Positions 40,981 to 52,066 are shown, counted from the first letter of the stretch. The stretch is DNA of 57,611 nucleotides from Kiloniellales bacterium (GCA_022361275.1 JAKSBE010000589.1:1-57611), one strand, 5' to 3'. Made by a program: numbers and translations. The notes: a model not told the origin generated them from the sequence alone.

Positions 40981-42888
40981 TCACTGTGGCGCCGCGGCGG
41001 CGAGATCGTCGACCTGGTTCAAGAGTTTGCCGTAATCCGGTGAATCTTCAGCGGCATAGTTGAAGTTCTTGAACAAGCCTATGAGCTTGGTGAAGTAGGC
41101 GCGGGCCGCCTCCTTGTCGGCGAAGCCGTAGCTCCGGGTCACCAGGTCGTAGACCTTGTTGAAGGCCAGCTTCTGGCGTTCCAAGGGCGCCGAGGCGTCG
41201 ACCGAATCGAAGGCGTCCTGCTGCAGGTAGACCATGTCCAGGAAGAGCGCCTTCTGCTGGATCACGAAATCCTCGGTCGTGATGCCCTCCTCGCCGGTCA
41301 CCTGCATCATCTGCGACACACCCTCGCCCTTGTGCAGGAGAGCCTGCATCTCTTCGACCCGCCTGGTCCAACCGACGTCGACGTTCTGATCGAACCAGGG
41401 CTCCAGCTGCTTCAGGTAGCGGGACCAGGAGATGAGCGGATCGACCGCCGGGTAGAAGCGCTTGTAGGCGCGGTCGTAGGACAGGCCGAGGAAGTCCTTG
41501 ACCGTCGACAGGGTCGCCTGGGTCACCGGCTCGTCGAAGTTGCCGCCGGCCGGCGAGACGGTGCCGATCATGGTCAGGCTGCCCACCGAGCCGTCGTTGG
41601 TCTTGAGCACGCCCGCCCGCTCGTAGACGCTCTTGATTGAGGATTCGAGATAGGCCGGAAAGCCTTCCTCACCCGGGATCTCCTCGAGCCGCCCCGAGGT
41701 CTCGCGCATGGCCTGCGCCCAGCGGGACGTGGAGTCGGCGATCATCAGAACGTCGAAACCCATTTGCCGGTAGTACTCGCCGATGGTCAGCCCGGTGTAG
41801 ATCGAGGCCTCGCGGGCCGCGACCGGCATCGAGGAGGTGTTGCAGATGATGATGGTGCGGTCCATCAGAGAGCCGCCGGTGCGCGGATCCTTCATCTGGG
41901 GGAACTCGTTGATCGTCTCCACCACCTCGCCGGCCCGCTCGCCGCAAGCCACCACGATGACCACGTCGACCGCCGAGTGGCGCGAGATCATGTTCTGCAG
42001 CACCGTCTTGCCGGCGCCGAAGGGCCCCGGAATGCAGGCCGTGCCGCCGCGCGCCACGGGAAAGAAGGTGTCGATGATACGCTGGGTGGTGACCAAGGGC
42101 TCGTCGGGGTAGAGCCGCTCGGACCTGCGGCTCTGCACCAGTCTGGAGTCGACCGCGCGGCGCACCGGCCATTTCTGCGCCAGACGGATATCCTGTGCGC
42201 GCCCCGCCTTGTCCTCGACCTGGGCGACCGTGTCGCTGACGGTGAAGGTCCCTTCCTGGATCCAGGAGACCTTGAGCTCGCCCGCCCAGCCGAAGGGCAC
42301 CATGATCTTGTGCTTGTAGCGGCCTTCCTGGACGGTGCCGAGGGTGTCGCCCGCAGCGACCGTGGCCCCCTCCTTGACCGTCGGCACAAAGGACCATTTG
42401 TTCTTGGGATCCAGGGGCGCCGCGGTGACGCCGCGCGGCAGGAAGATCCCGTAGCGCGAGGCCAGGTCGTGCAGAGGATTCTGCAGGCCGTCGTAGACCT
42501 GGCCGAGAAGCCCCGGCCCCAGCTCGACGGCCAGCATCTCCCCGCTCTGCTCGACCGCGTCCCCGACGGCGACACCGGCGGTGTCCTCGTAGACCTGCGC
42601 ATCGGCGGTCCGTCCGCGAACCCGCAGAACCTCGGCCTTCAGCTTCTCCGGCTCGCCCAGCTCGTTGGTCCGATCGGGGCAGAGGAAGACCACCTCGTTC
42701 TTGATGAGGGGCGCCGGCTTCCCATCGAGGCCGTCCAAGGCCTCGATCTCGACAAGGTCGTCCTGGACCGCAACGACGCGCGCCGTCGCCTTCAGATTTC
42801 CCTTGGCCGGCTTGCGGGCCGCTTTGCGCGGCCTCGCCGACCTTCCGCCATCGGCGCCGGGGGGCCCTGGCTTGTCGTCACCCGCCAT
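40981..42888 (-). CDS. ntpA: V/A-type ATPase subunit A
   Basis: GPFGAGKT, CGERAGE, NTSSMPVAAREAS, ADSTSRWAQA, SPAGGNFDEPVTQ. Confidence 0.95.
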   Translation of the reverse strand: MAGDDKPGPPGADGGRSARPRKAARKPAKGNLKATARVVAVQDDLVEIEALDGLDGKPAPLIKNEVVFLCPDRTNELGEPEKLKAEVLRVRGRTADAQVYEDTAGVAVGDAVEQSGEMLAVELGPGLLGQVYDGLQNPLHDLASRYGIFLPRGVTAAPLDPKNKWSFVPTVKEGATVAAGDTLGTVQEGRYKHKIMVPFGWAGELKVSWIQEGTFTVSDTVAQVEDKAGRAQDIRLAQKWPVRRAVDSRLVQSRRSERLYPDEPLVTTQRIIDTFFPVARGGTACIPGPFGAGKTVLQNMISRHSAVDVVIVVACGERAGEVVETINEFPQMKDPRTGGSLMDRTIIICNTSSMPVAAREASIYTGLTIGEYYRQMGFDVLMIADSTSRWAQAMRETSGRLEEIPGEEGFPAYLESSIKSVYERAGVLKTNDGSVGSLTMIGTVSPAGGNFDEPVTQATLSTVKDFLGLSYDRAYKRFYPAVDPLISWSRYLKQLEPWFDQNVDVGWTRRVEEMQALLHKGEGVSQMMQVTGEEGITTEDFVIQQKALFLDMVYLQQDAFDSVDASAPLERQKLAFNKVYDLVTRSYGFADKEAARAYFTKLIGLFKNFNYAAEDSPDYGKLLNQVDDLAAAAPQ

Positions 42889-43583
42889 CAGGTTCGTCCT
42901 TCGCCGAAGAGGTCCGCATAGTCGCCGAGCCCGTCCTCGGTCAGCCGATCGAAGCGTTCGGCCGCCTGCTCGCCGTGGTAGCGGCCCCAGCGATCGACGA
43001 TGTTCCACTTGAGCACATAGACGACCACGGCCTCGAAATCGTACTGATGCGCGCCTTTGCGGCGGTTCGCGCTCTTCCAGGCCTGCTGCAGGATCAGCCG
43101 CTGCAGCGACAGGGTTTCGCCCTCCTGCAACAGCTCATCCGCTTCGCGCAGCCAGGGAAAGACCGCGTCCAGGCGAAAGCGCGCCTCGGTCCAGTTGCGC
43201 GCGATGTGCCGCGTCCAGCGGCCGAAGCCCCAGTCGGCCCCGGAGGCCGGGGCCGGCTCGCCGCGATGGCGCCGGCGCAGGGCCGCCACGCAGGTGCGGA
43301 TCTCGAGCCGGTCGCGAATCAGCAGGCGGACGGTCTCGTTGTCGATCTCCCGCACCGCGCGCCGCGCCCGCGCGACGACCTCCGCATCGGTGGTGGCGAG
43401 CGGGATATCGCCCCAGTGCAGGACCATCTCGGTCAGTCCGAGCGCCCGCGCGTGCCCGGGCGCGAGGACGCGCAGGCGGCGGTCGAGCTTAAGGCGGGAG
43501 AGCGGCGGCCGCTTCGCGAGGAAGAGCGCCTCGGGACTGGGCAGGCTCGACATCAGCATGACGTAGACGTTGGGATCGCTCAT
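42888..43583 (-). CDS. DUF2764-like V-ATPase-associated subunit (putative subunit C)
   Basis: Y.MLMSSLP N-terminus, YDFEAVVVYVLKWNIVDRW; lies between E and A with a TGATG overlap. Confidence 0.72.
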   Translation of the reverse strand: MSDPNVYVMLMSSLPSPEALFLAKRPPLSRLKLDRRLRVLAPGHARALGLTEMVLHWGDIPLATTDAEVVARARRAVREIDNETVRLLIRDRLEIRTCVAALRRRHRGEPAPASGADWGFGRWTRHIARNWTEARFRLDAVFPWLREADELLQEGETLSLQRLILQQAWKSANRRKGAHQYDFEAVVVYVLKWNIVDRWGRYHGEQAAERFDRLTEDGLGDYADLFGEGRT

Positions 43584-43600
43584 CGGCTTGCGGCCCGCCG

Positions 43601-44296
43601 CTACTTCACGATGCCTTCGAGCACGGCGCGGAACCTTGGCTGCAGGTGCTGCAGCAGCAAGGCCGCGACCGCCTCGTCGGTGAGGTCGATCGCGATCTCG
43701 CCCTCGACCACGCGGATCCGGACCCCGGAACCGGCCTCCTCGAAGGCCGAGAAGGTCACGCCTTCGCGCAGCATCTCGTCGGTCAGCCCCAGGACGTAGC
43801 GGGTCGCCGCGCCTTTCTGAAGCTCCGCCGGGTTCTTGCGCAGCTCCTCCAGCCCGGCGGCCTTCTCCGGCAGAATGACGTCGACGTCGCCGGCCTCGTC
43901 GAGCGCGGTATCCCGGCGCACACGGCCGACCAGTTCCAGGATCATCTGCTTGAGGGTCTCCTCCTTGCCGAGTTCCTCCGAGGCCAGCCGCTTGACGTCC
44001 GCGCTGAAGCGCTGCATCAGGCGCGACTTCATCTCGAGGATGGCGTCGCGCATCGCGGTCTTGACCGCCTCCTCGCCCGCGGACCGATAGGCGTCTCCTT
44101 CCTTCCGCGCGGCGGCCAGATGCGCCTTGGCCTCGGTTTTCGCCTTGTCGACGATCGCCTTGGACTTGGCGCGGGCCTCGGCGACGATCTTCCCGGCCTC
44201 GTCGCGGCCCGCCGAGACCCCCTCGTCCCGGAGCTTGGCGATCAGCGCGTCGACCCCGCTCGCGGGGGGCAGCTCCTGCTTCGCGGCCTTGGCCAT
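43601..44296 (-). CDS. ntpE: V/A-type ATPase subunit E
   Basis: SGVDALIAKLRDEGV, A/E/K coiled coil, IDLTDEAVAALL..L.PRFR. Confidence 0.85.
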   Translation of the reverse strand: MAKAAKQELPPASGVDALIAKLRDEGVSAGRDEAGKIVAEARAKSKAIVDKAKTEAKAHLAAARKEGDAYRSAGEEAVKTAMRDAILEMKSRLMQRFSADVKRLASEELGKEETLKQMILELVGRVRRDTALDEAGDVDVILPEKAAGLEELRKNPAELQKGAATRYVLGLTDEMLREGVTFSAFEEAGSGVRIRVVEGEIAIDLTDEAVAALLLQHLQPRFRAVLEGIVK

Positions 44297-44754
44297 CAGG
44301 ACGCTCCTCCCGCCGGGATGCCGGCACTGATCACCAGCGCGAAGACGAAGGCGAAGACCGCGAAGCCCTCGATGATCGCGGCCGGCGCGATCGAGAGGCC
44401 GAAGATCTCGGGCTTCTCCTTGGCCGCATTGATCGCGTCCGCGCAGGAGCGGCCCTGGTAGATCCCCGCATAGAGAAAGGCGAGGCCGGCAAAGAAGCCG
44501 ATCCCGAAGAGGGCGCCGGCGTTCTCCGGCGTCACCTCGCGGTTGAGCGTGAACATCACGACGATCCCGTAGATCACGAAGGAGGATGGCAGTGCCGTCA
44601 GGCCGATGAAGCGGCCGTAGCCGCCTTCGGTCTCGAGCATCGCCCCGCAGGCCGCCGCCCCTGCGAGGGCGCAACCGATGGAGCTGCCGATCGCCCCGAT
44701 TGCCATCGGCGAGTAGATGCCGATCCATCCCAGCGCCACGACGAGTTCGTTCAC
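44296..44754 (-). CDS. ntpK: V/A-type ATPase proteolipid subunit K (four helices)
   Basis: GTG start 44754; GSSIG, LPSS..IYG, YQG, IIEGFAVFAFVF. Confidence 0.88.
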   Translation of the reverse strand: MNELVVALGWIGIYSPMAIGAIGSSIGCALAGAAACGAMLETEGGYGRFIGLTALPSSFVIYGIVVMFTLNREVTPENAGALFGIGFFAGLAFLYAGIYQGRSCADAINAAKEKPEIFGLSIAPAAIIEGFAVFAFVFALVISAGIPAGGAS

Positions 44755-46550
44755 GGTTGCACCTCCTTGCGGGCAAACCTCCGGAAGGGACTGCCCTCTC
44801 CCGGCATGCCCCACTTGTAGAATTCGATGAAATTGAGCCTGAGACCGTGGACCACGCCGCTCATGATCGCCAGGCCGAGATTGACGACGTGGCCGCCGGC
44901 CAGGATCAGGATCGCAAAGAGCAGGCCCAGACCCGGCGCGGCGTCCTTGGCCTGCATCGCCAGGTTGTTGAAGGTCAGCGCGAGCGAAGCGCTCGCGAGG
45001 CCCAGCGCGAAGAGGCGCATGTAGCTCAAGACGTCGCCGAAGGCGCCCATGATTCCCGTTAGGGCCTTGAAGCCGTCGAGCACCCGCCAGAGATAGTCGA
45101 CCGGGCGCTTCCCGACCGGGCGGTCGCTGGAGAAGAAGAAGATCGCCGCCACGCCGGCGCCGAGGACGTAGGGGCCGGCCTCGGCAGGAATGCTGCCGGG
45201 CGTGCCGTAGACCAGGAGCGTGGCGCCGAGCAGACCGGCGATCCAGCCCAGGTTCGCGATCGCGGTCGGGCTCCCGCGCTTGGTGTAGGCGACCACGGCA
45301 TTGCCCATCATCAGGTGGAGCACGCCGATGACGATCGAGAGCCGCATCATCGCCGGATAGTCGTGCAGGTCGAGCACCTGGAGGGCGCCGGGCAGCGAAT
45401 CCTGCGGCGGTGCGACACCGAAGTAGCTGCCGGCCATGATCCCGTAGGCCAGGGTACAGCCGAGCATGGACAGGCCGAGCAGGCGATAGGACCGGCCCCG
45501 CGGGCTCCGCCCCAGCCGCTTCCAATAGGCCAAGAGGCCGGCCAGCAGGACCGCGGCATAGCCGGCGTCCGCCACGATCATGGCGAAGAAGACCGAAAAG
45601 GAGAAGAACAGGACCACGCTGGGGTCCCACATGCGGTAGGGCGGGACCGTGTAGAACAGGGCCAGGTCGGCGCCGGCCGTCATCTCGGGCGTCTCTTCGA
45701 TCAAGGTCGGCGGCTGCTCTTCCGGCCTGGGGTCCTCCAGCAGGCAGGCGAGCCCCCTTCCCGCGGCGAAGGTCTCGACCTCGGGGATCGCATCCTCCGG
45801 GACCCAGCCCTGGACAGCGACGATGCCGTCCGCCTCGCGCACCTGCTGATCCGCGTAGGCGAGCGAAGCCAGGTTCTCGGCCTCGGCAAGGTTGACGCTC
45901 AGCAGGTAGATGTAGCGCGTCAGCGCCTGCCGCTGGGCGACGATGTCCTCGATCTCGACCTCGGTCTCTTCCAGGCGGTCCTTCAGCGCCTGAAGCGGCA
46001 GCGCGCCGGTGTGGGTCCGCGGCACCGGCAGGAGGTCGTCCGGGGGCTCCTCCTGAGCGATCACCACGACGTAGGTGAAGCGATAGTCCTTGCGCACGAT
46101 CTGCCAGGGCAGCGCGACCGTCCTGAGCGCGGCGGCCTTGCCCGACGGCAGGATATAGAACCACAAGCGGTAGCCGGAGAGATCGGCCTGCGGCGGAAAG
46201 GCGATGTCGCCCCAGGGCTCGACCTGGCCAATGCGATGCTCGAGGAAGTCCCGGCGGTCGGTCGCATCGCGCAGCCGGTCCTTCACGAGGCGCGCCTCTT
46301 CGACGACCCGTTCGACGTCGAACTTCGGATCCTTGGTGACCTGCTTGCGCTTCTCCGGCATGTCGGTCAGGAAGCGCAGGGCCTTGTAGGCCGCTTCGGC
46401 CCGGGGGCTTGCCACCTTCTCCACCTCGGCCGGCGCCGGCCGCAGCGGCAGGAGATGCATGCAGCCGAGCGCCTGCAAGCCCTTGAGAAGATCCTCCTTC
46501 TCGGTCAGGAGCCCGCAGACGGTGACCCGTTTGACCCTGGCGATGCTCAT
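44751..46550 (-). CDS. ntpI: V/A-type ATPase subunit I (a)
   Basis: QGWVP, PPTL, WDPS, FFAMIVADAGY, DVLSYMRLFALGLAS, VHGLRLNFIEF. Confidence 0.93.
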   Translation of the reverse strand: MSIARVKRVTVCGLLTEKEDLLKGLQALGCMHLLPLRPAPAEVEKVASPRAEAAYKALRFLTDMPEKRKQVTKDPKFDVERVVEEARLVKDRLRDATDRRDFLEHRIGQVEPWGDIAFPPQADLSGYRLWFYILPSGKAAALRTVALPWQIVRKDYRFTYVVVIAQEEPPDDLLPVPRTHTGALPLQALKDRLEETEVEIEDIVAQRQALTRYIYLLSVNLAEAENLASLAYADQQVREADGIVAVQGWVPEDAIPEVETFAAGRGLACLLEDPRPEEQPPTLIEETPEMTAGADLALFYTVPPYRMWDPSVVLFFSFSVFFAMIVADAGYAAVLLAGLLAYWKRLGRSPRGRSYRLLGLSMLGCTLAYGIMAGSYFGVAPPQDSLPGALQVLDLHDYPAMMRLSIVIGVLHLMMGNAVVAYTKRGSPTAIANLGWIAGLLGATLLVYGTPGSIPAEAGPYVLGAGVAAIFFFSSDRPVGKRPVDYLWRVLDGFKALTGIMGAFGDVLSYMRLFALGLASASLALTFNNLAMQAKDAAPGLGLLFAILILAGGHVVNLGLAIMSGVVHGLRLNFIEFYKWGMPGEGSPFRRFARKEVQP

Positions 46551-47152
46551 GCGGACCCCGCCGCGGCGTGCTTCTTCTTGGCGATCTTGGAGCGCACGAC
46601 GGCCGCCGTCTCCATGTCCGACAGGTAGATCTGGATCCGCTTGATCTTGCTCTGAGCCTCGGGGATCAGAACCTTGTCGAAAAGGTTGACGCGTTGGGTG
46701 ACCGTCTTGATCGCCTGCTCCAGCAGCGCGACCCGGCGCGCCTCGACCTGCGCCCGAATGCGCAGCTCGAGCATCTCGCGCAAGATCTCCGCCGTGCGAT
46801 CGACCCAAGGCGGCCGGCCCAGGTAGGCGTAGGGACGCAGCTCCACCTCGATGTCCTCGAGCCTCGGCAGATGCGTGCCGACCACGTTCTCGGTCCCGAT
46901 CCTGACCCCGGCGAGCCTTGCCAGGCCGGTCAGATCGACCTCGCCGAGGGCGAGCATCGGCAGCTTACCGCGAACCGCCTCGCGGCGCCTCTCCATTTCG
47001 CGCCGGGTGTCGGCGAGCGCCCGTTCCGCCTTGGCCCGCTCCGCCATCACCTGCCGGCGCTTGAGGTCGAGCGAGGGCAGAAAGCGCTGATAGGTCCTGA
47101 GGCTCTTCTGCTCGCGGGCGAGCGCGGACTTACTGAGCTGCAGCTTCGCCAT
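46547..47152 (-). CDS. ntpD: V/A-type ATPase subunit D
   Basis: RFLPSLDLKR, TQRVNLFDKVLIP. Confidence 0.92.
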   Translation of the reverse strand: MAKLQLSKSALAREQKSLRTYQRFLPSLDLKRRQVMAERAKAERALADTRREMERRREAVRGKLPMLALGEVDLTGLARLAGVRIGTENVVGTHLPRLEDIEVELRPYAYLGRPPWVDRTAEILREMLELRIRAQVEARRVALLEQAIKTVTQRVNLFDKVLIPEAQSKIKRIQIYLSDMETAAVVRSKIAKKKHAAAGSA

Positions 47153-48551
47153 GGCGCCCTCTCCGCTCCTCCGGCTCGCTTCCGGCCTCGACCGCCTCCG
47201 CCGGCGGGGCGAGCTCCTTCGGGAAGTACTTGTCGATCAGGCCCTGCTTCATCAGGAGCTGCTCGGGCCGGAAGCACTCGGCCAAGGTCCGCCAGCCCAG
47301 ATCCAGCGCATCTTCGAGCGGCAGCGAGACCTCGAGGTTCATGAAGCGCTCGCGGAACAGCCGGTTGAACTTCAGGAGCTGATGGTCGTAGTCCGAGAGG
47401 TCGAAGGCCATGGCCTGCTTCTGCGCGGCGTCCTGTCCCTCGGAGTAGAAGCGGATCATGGTGTTCATGATCTGGCCGTGATCCTCGCGGGTCACCTTGC
47501 CGATGACGTTCTGCTTGAGGCGCGAGAGCGACCCGAAGGGATCGATGACGCCGCTGTGCAAATAGAACTGTCCCTCGGTGATGTAGCCGGTGTTGTCCGG
47601 TACCGGATGGGTCACGTCGTTGCCCGGCATGGTCGTCACGGTCAGGATCGTGACCGAGCCGCCCTTGGCGTAGTCGCAGGCCTTCTCGTAGCGGCGCGCA
47701 AGCTGGGAGTAGAGATCGCCCATGTAGCCGCGGTTCGAGGGCACCCGCTCCATGGAGATGCCGATCTCCTTCAGCGCGTCGGCATAGGCGGTCATGTCGG
47801 TCAGCAGGACCAGAACCCGCTTGCCCTCCTCCACCGCGAAGCGCTCGGCCACCGCCAGGGCCATGTCCGGCACGAGCAGACGCTCGACGATCGGGTCCGA
47901 GGCCTGGTTGACGAACATGACCGTGCGCGAGAACACGCCGGCGTCCTCGAAGGTCTTCCGGAAGGTGTAGTAGTCGTCGAAGATCAGACCCAGGCCGCCG
48001 AAGACCACGATGTCGGCGTCCGCCTGGATGCCGATCCGCGCCAGGAAGGGATTGTAGGGTTCGCCGGAGACCGAGAAGATCGGGATCTTCTGGCTTTCGA
48101 CCAGGCAGTTGAAGACGTCGATCATCGGCACGTCGGTGCGGATCATCTTGGTCGGCACGACCCGCTCGACCGGGTTCACCGAGGGCCCGCCGATGTCGAC
48201 CTTCGGGTCCATGGAGAGGTCGGGGCCCGAGTCCATGGGCTCCCCGGCCCCCGAGAAGACGCGGCCGAGGATGTTCGGGGAATAGGTCGTCTGCATGGGA
48301 TGGCCGAGGAAGGTCACGGTCGCGCCGGTCGAGACGCCCTTGGTTCCGGTGAAGATCTGCAGCGACACCCTGTCGCGGGCGATGTTGATGACCTGGGCCA
48401 GGGACTTTCGGCCGTCAGCCTCCTCGATGACGGCGAGATCCTTGAGACGGACGACGGCTTCCTCACCCGCCGCCGGTTCGGGCACCTGGACCTGCAGGAT
48501 GTCGCCGACGATCGAGAGAATTCTCGAATAACGCACCAGCTCGCGCGTCAT
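47130..48551 (-). CDS. ntpB: V/A-type ATPase subunit B
   Basis: SQKIPIFS, LTDMTAYADAL, RGYMGDLYS, THPVPDNTGYITEGQ, PFGSLSRL; ATG 48551. Confidence 0.94.
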   Translation of the reverse strand: MTRELVRYSRILSIVGDILQVQVPEPAAGEEAVVRLKDLAVIEEADGRKSLAQVINIARDRVSLQIFTGTKGVSTGATVTFLGHPMQTTYSPNILGRVFSGAGEPMDSGPDLSMDPKVDIGGPSVNPVERVVPTKMIRTDVPMIDVFNCLVESQKIPIFSVSGEPYNPFLARIGIQADADIVVFGGLGLIFDDYYTFRKTFEDAGVFSRTVMFVNQASDPIVERLLVPDMALAVAERFAVEEGKRVLVLLTDMTAYADALKEIGISMERVPSNRGYMGDLYSQLARRYEKACDYAKGGSVTILTVTTMPGNDVTHPVPDNTGYITEGQFYLHSGVIDPFGSLSRLKQNVIGKVTREDHGQIMNTMIRFYSEGQDAAQKQAMAFDLSDYDHQLLKFNRLFRERFMNLEVSLPLEDALDLGWRTLAECFRPEQLLMKQGLIDKYFPKELAPPAEAVEAGSEPEERRGRHGEAAAQ

Positions 48552-48651
48552 GCCCGCCGTCTCCCTGCTGCCTGAGCGCCCGCGCGTCCCTTGTACGCGA
48601 TCACCCTCTCTGCGTGCTCGTTTTTCGCCCGGTCTGATACGCGGCCAGGCA

Positions 48652-49590
48652 TCAGGCCGGGCGATGGAACTCGATCCCCTTCGCAGCACCGCTGATGGTC
48701 GTCCCGGCCTCGCCTTCCAGTATAGCCGGAAGGTCGGCCAGCGCACCGATGGCGGCCGCCTTGCCGCTTCGCTCGGCGAACTGGCAAGCGGCCGCGACCT
48801 TCGGGCCCATGGAACCGGCGGCGAACTCGTAGGTCTGCAGGGCGGCCGGCGAGGCTCGCTTGATCCCCCGTGCCTCGGGCTTGCCCCAGTCGAGATAGAC
48901 CGCGTCGGCATCGGTCGCCATGATGAAGAGATCGGCGTCGAGGTCGCGCGCCAGCAGCTCGCTCGCGAGATCCTTGTCGATCACCGCCTCGACGCCGCGC
49001 AGCTTGCCGTCTTCGTCGTAGACCGTCGGGATGCCGCCGCCCCCGGCGCAGATCACGATGGTGTTGCTCTCCATGAGCCACTTGATCGGGCGGATCTCGA
49101 AGATCCGCCTGGGCAAGGGCGAGGGCACCACCCGGCGCCACTTGTCCCCGTCCTGCCTGATCGACCAGCCCTTCTCCGCCGCGAGCCGGCGGGCCTCCGC
49201 CTCGTCGTAGACGGGCCCGATGAACTTGGTCGGGTTTTGGAAAGCCGGGTCCCCGGGGTCGACCTCGATCATCGTCAAGACGGTCGCGAAGGGCACCTCG
49301 AAGGGCAGCAGGTTGCCCATCTCCTGCTCGATCATGTAGCCGATCATGCCCTCGGTCTCGGCCCCCAAAACGTCCAGGGGATAGGTCTCCTCCGGCTTGT
49401 AGGCCGCGCCCTGAAGGGCGAGCAGCCCGACCTGGGGGCCGTTGCCGTGGGAGATGACGAGCTGATGTTCCCCGGCGATCGGCGCCATGGCCCCGGCGGC
49501 GATCCGGACGTTCTCGCGCTGGTTCTCCGCGGTCAGGGCCTGGCCGCGGCGCAGCAGGGCATTGCCGCCAAGGGCGACGACGACACGCAT
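48652..49590 (-). CDS. arcC: Carbamate kinase
   Basis: [46 protein letters not shown]. Confidence 0.96.
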   Translation of the reverse strand: MRVVVALGGNALLRRGQALTAENQRENVRIAAGAMAPIAGEHQLVISHGNGPQVGLLALQGAAYKPEETYPLDVLGAETEGMIGYMIEQEMGNLLPFEVPFATVLTMIEVDPGDPAFQNPTKFIGPVYDEAEARRLAAEKGWSIRQDGDKWRRVVPSPLPRRIFEIRPIKWLMESNTIVICAGGGGIPTVYDEDGKLRGVEAVIDKDLASELLARDLDADLFIMATDADAVYLDWGKPEARGIKRASPAALQTYEFAAGSMGPKVAAACQFAERSGKAAAIGALADLPAILEGEAGTTISGAAKGIEFHRPA

Positions 49591-49593
49591 GGC

Positions 49594-50595
49594 TCAGCTC
49601 CCGATCGTCGCGACGAGCACCGCCTTGATGGTGTGCATCCGGTTCTCCGCCTGCTCGAACTGGATCCCGGCCGGGGATTCGAAGACCTCGTCGGTCACCT
49701 CCATCTCGGCGATCCCGAACTTCTCGTACATCTCCTCGCCGACCTTGGTCTCGCGGTTGTGGAAGGCCGGCAGGCAGTGCATGAACTTGGTGTTCGGCAG
49801 CCCGCTCGCCGCCATCAGCTCCTTGGTGACCTGGTAGGGCTTCAGCAGCTCGATCCGTTGCGCCCAGACCTCGGCGGGCTCGCCCATCGAGACCCAGACG
49901 TCGGTGTGGATGAAGTCGGCGCCCTTGACCGCCTCCCGGGGGTCCTCGGTGACGGTGAGACGCGCGCCGTAGGTCTCGGCGAGCGCGCGCGCCGGGCCCA
50001 GGTACTCGTCGCTCGGCCAGTTCGCCTTGGGCGCCGCGAGCCGCACGTCCATGCCCAGGATGCAGCCGACGATCATCAGGGAATGGCCCATGTTGCTGCG
50101 CGCGTCGCCGACGAAGGCATAGGCGATGTCGTGCAGCGGCTTGTCGGCATGCTCGCGCATGGTCAGGACGTCGGCGAGCATCTGGGTCGGATGGAACTCG
50201 TCGGTCAGCCCGTTGAAGACCGGAACGCCGGCGTAGGCCGCCAGCTCCTCGACGACCGCCTGACCGAAGCCGCGGTACTCGATGGCGTCGTACATGCGGC
50301 CCAGGACGCGTGCGGTGTCCTTCATCGACTCCTTGTGGCCGATCTGGGAGCCCGAGGGCCCGAGGTAGGTCACCCCGGCGCCCTGATCCATGGCCGCCAC
50401 CTCGAAGGCGCACATCGTCCGGGTCGAGGTCTTCTCGAAGATCAGGCAGATGTTCTTGCCCCGCAGGTGCTGCTGCTCCGTCCCGGCGTACTTGGCCCGC
50501 TTCAGGTCCCGGGACAGGTCGAGCAGGTAACGCAGCTCGCGCTGGTCGAAGTCCATCACCTTGAGGAAACTGCGTCCCTTCAGATTGAATGCCAT
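49594..50595 (-). CDS. arcB: Ornithine carbamoyltransferase (catabolic by context)
   Basis: [31 protein letters not shown]. Confidence 0.95.
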   Translation of the reverse strand: MAFNLKGRSFLKVMDFDQRELRYLLDLSRDLKRAKYAGTEQQHLRGKNICLIFEKTSTRTMCAFEVAAMDQGAGVTYLGPSGSQIGHKESMKDTARVLGRMYDAIEYRGFGQAVVEELAAYAGVPVFNGLTDEFHPTQMLADVLTMREHADKPLHDIAYAFVGDARSNMGHSLMIVGCILGMDVRLAAPKANWPSDEYLGPARALAETYGARLTVTEDPREAVKGADFIHTDVWVSMGEPAEVWAQRIELLKPYQVTKELMAASGLPNTKFMHCLPAFHNRETKVGEEMYEKFGIAEMEVTDEVFESPAGIQFEQAENRMHTIKAVLVATIGS

Positions 50596-50717
50596 CGTCC
50601 TTTTCCTCCCTTGTCTGGCCGCCCGGCCAGTTCGTGAACGCTACGGCCTGCGACGGCTTTCCGCTATCCGATTCAGGCAAGCCGCCGCCGGCCGACGATG
50701 TCGGGCAATCCGTCGGC

Positions 50718-50837
50718 CTAGTGTCCCTTTGATTCTGAAATTCGCGAGAGCGAATTGCAGAATCAAAGGGACACTAACTCGTTGAGTCTCGTGTGATTCA
50801 GCTTCCAAATCTCGGCACATGAAATGTGCTGCTCTAG
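50718..50837. repeat. CTAG-bounded double-hairpin element, copy 2 (right end differs)
   Basis: Matches 13397..13529 over ~105 bp; terminal CTAG contains the arcA stop. Confidence 0.8.
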
Positions 50838-52066
50838 TCCTCGACCGGATCGCGCAGGATCGGGCAGGTCATGCAGTGACCGCCGCCGCGGCCCCGGCCC
50901 AGCTCGTTGCCGGCGATGGTGACGACCTCGATGCCGGCCTTGCGGAGCAGGGTGTTGGTGTAGGTGTTGCGCTCGTAGGCCACGACCACGCCCGGCTCCA
51001 GGGCGACCACGTTGTTACCGTCGTCCCACTGCTCGCGCTCCGCCTCGTAGGCATCGCCGCCGGTGTGCACCGTCCGCAGCTTCTTGATGCCGAGAGCCTC
51101 GGCGACCACCGTCGGGAAGTCCCTGGTCTCCTCCACGACCGAGATCTCGCCCTCCTTGTCCCCGGGCCGCAGCGAGAAAGGCCGGATCGTGTTGACGACA
51201 TCCGGGAACATGTTGACCACGTCGCGGTCGCAGAAGGTGAAGACCGTGTCCAGGTGCATGGCGGCCCGCTCCTTGGGCATGGCGGCCGCGATGATGCGCT
51301 CGGCGCCGCCCTTCGCGAAGAGGCTGCGCGCGACCTGGCCGACCGCCTGCGGCGTGGTGCGCTCGCCCATCCCGATCAGGACGGTCCCCTTGCCGACCGG
51401 CATGACGTCGCCGCCTTCGACATGCGCCATGCCGTGGTCGGTCTCGACGTCGTCGCCCCACCAGAACTCGAAGTCCGCGTCCTTGAACATCGGATGGAAC
51501 TTGTAGATCGCCGCCGTGTTGAGCGTCTCCGCCCGGCGCGCCGGCCAGAACATGGGGTGAAGCGTCACGCCGCCGTAGATCCAGGCCGAGGGGTCGCGCG
51601 TGAAGAGCTGGTTCGGAAGGGGCGCCAGGACGAAGTCCTGCGGCTCGAGCAGCGCCGCGAGCATGCCCTTGGGCTCGAAGGGCAGCTCCGCCCGGCTGAT
51701 CCCGCCGACCAGATGGACCGAGAGCTGGTAGGCTTCCATCTCCATCAGACAGTCGTGCAGGTCCTGCGCCATACCCAGGCCCACGATGTTCTCGGAGATC
51801 CTGAGCTTCAGCAGCCATGCGCGCGCCGCCGGGTCCTTGACCGTCTCTTCGAGCAGCTCGCGGAAGTGATAGACCTCGATCCCGCGATGGCGCATCTCGT
51901 CGACGAAGGCCAGGTGCTCCTGGCGTGCCTGCTTGACCCAAAGGACATCGTCGAAGAGCAGTTCGTGGCAGTTCGTCGGCGTGAGCCGCGCGATCGCCAG
52001 TCCCGGGCGGTGGACGATGACCTTCCTCAGCTTGCCGATCTCGGAATGCACTCCCAGGGTCGTCAT
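50834..52066 (-). CDS. arcA: Arginine deiminase
   Basis: [42 protein letters not shown]; AGGAG RBS. Confidence 0.96.
   Translation of the reverse strand: MTTLGVHSEIGKLRKVIVHRPGLAIARLTPTNCHELLFDDVLWVKQARQEHLAFVDEMRHRGIEVYHFRELLEETVKDPAARAWLLKLRISENIVGLGMAQDLHDCLMEMEAYQLSVHLVGGISRAELPFEPKGMLAALLEPQDFVLAPLPNQLFTRDPSAWIYGGVTLHPMFWPARRAETLNTAAIYKFHPMFKDADFEFWWGDDVETDHGMAHVEGGDVMPVGKGTVLIGMGERTTPQAVGQVARSLFAKGGAERIIAAAMPKERAAMHLDTVFTFCDRDVVNMFPDVVNTIRPFSLRPGDKEGEISVVEETRDFPTVVAEALGIKKLRTVHTGGDAYEAEREQWDDGNNVVALEPGVVVAYERNTYTNTLLRKAGIEVVTIAGNELGRGRGGGHCMTCPILRDPVED

Noticed and set aside
42888-48911. Long N-terminal extensions on V-ATPase subunits in the ORF track
   Set aside because: They overlap upstream genes out of frame; internal starts give normal-sized, coupled subunits
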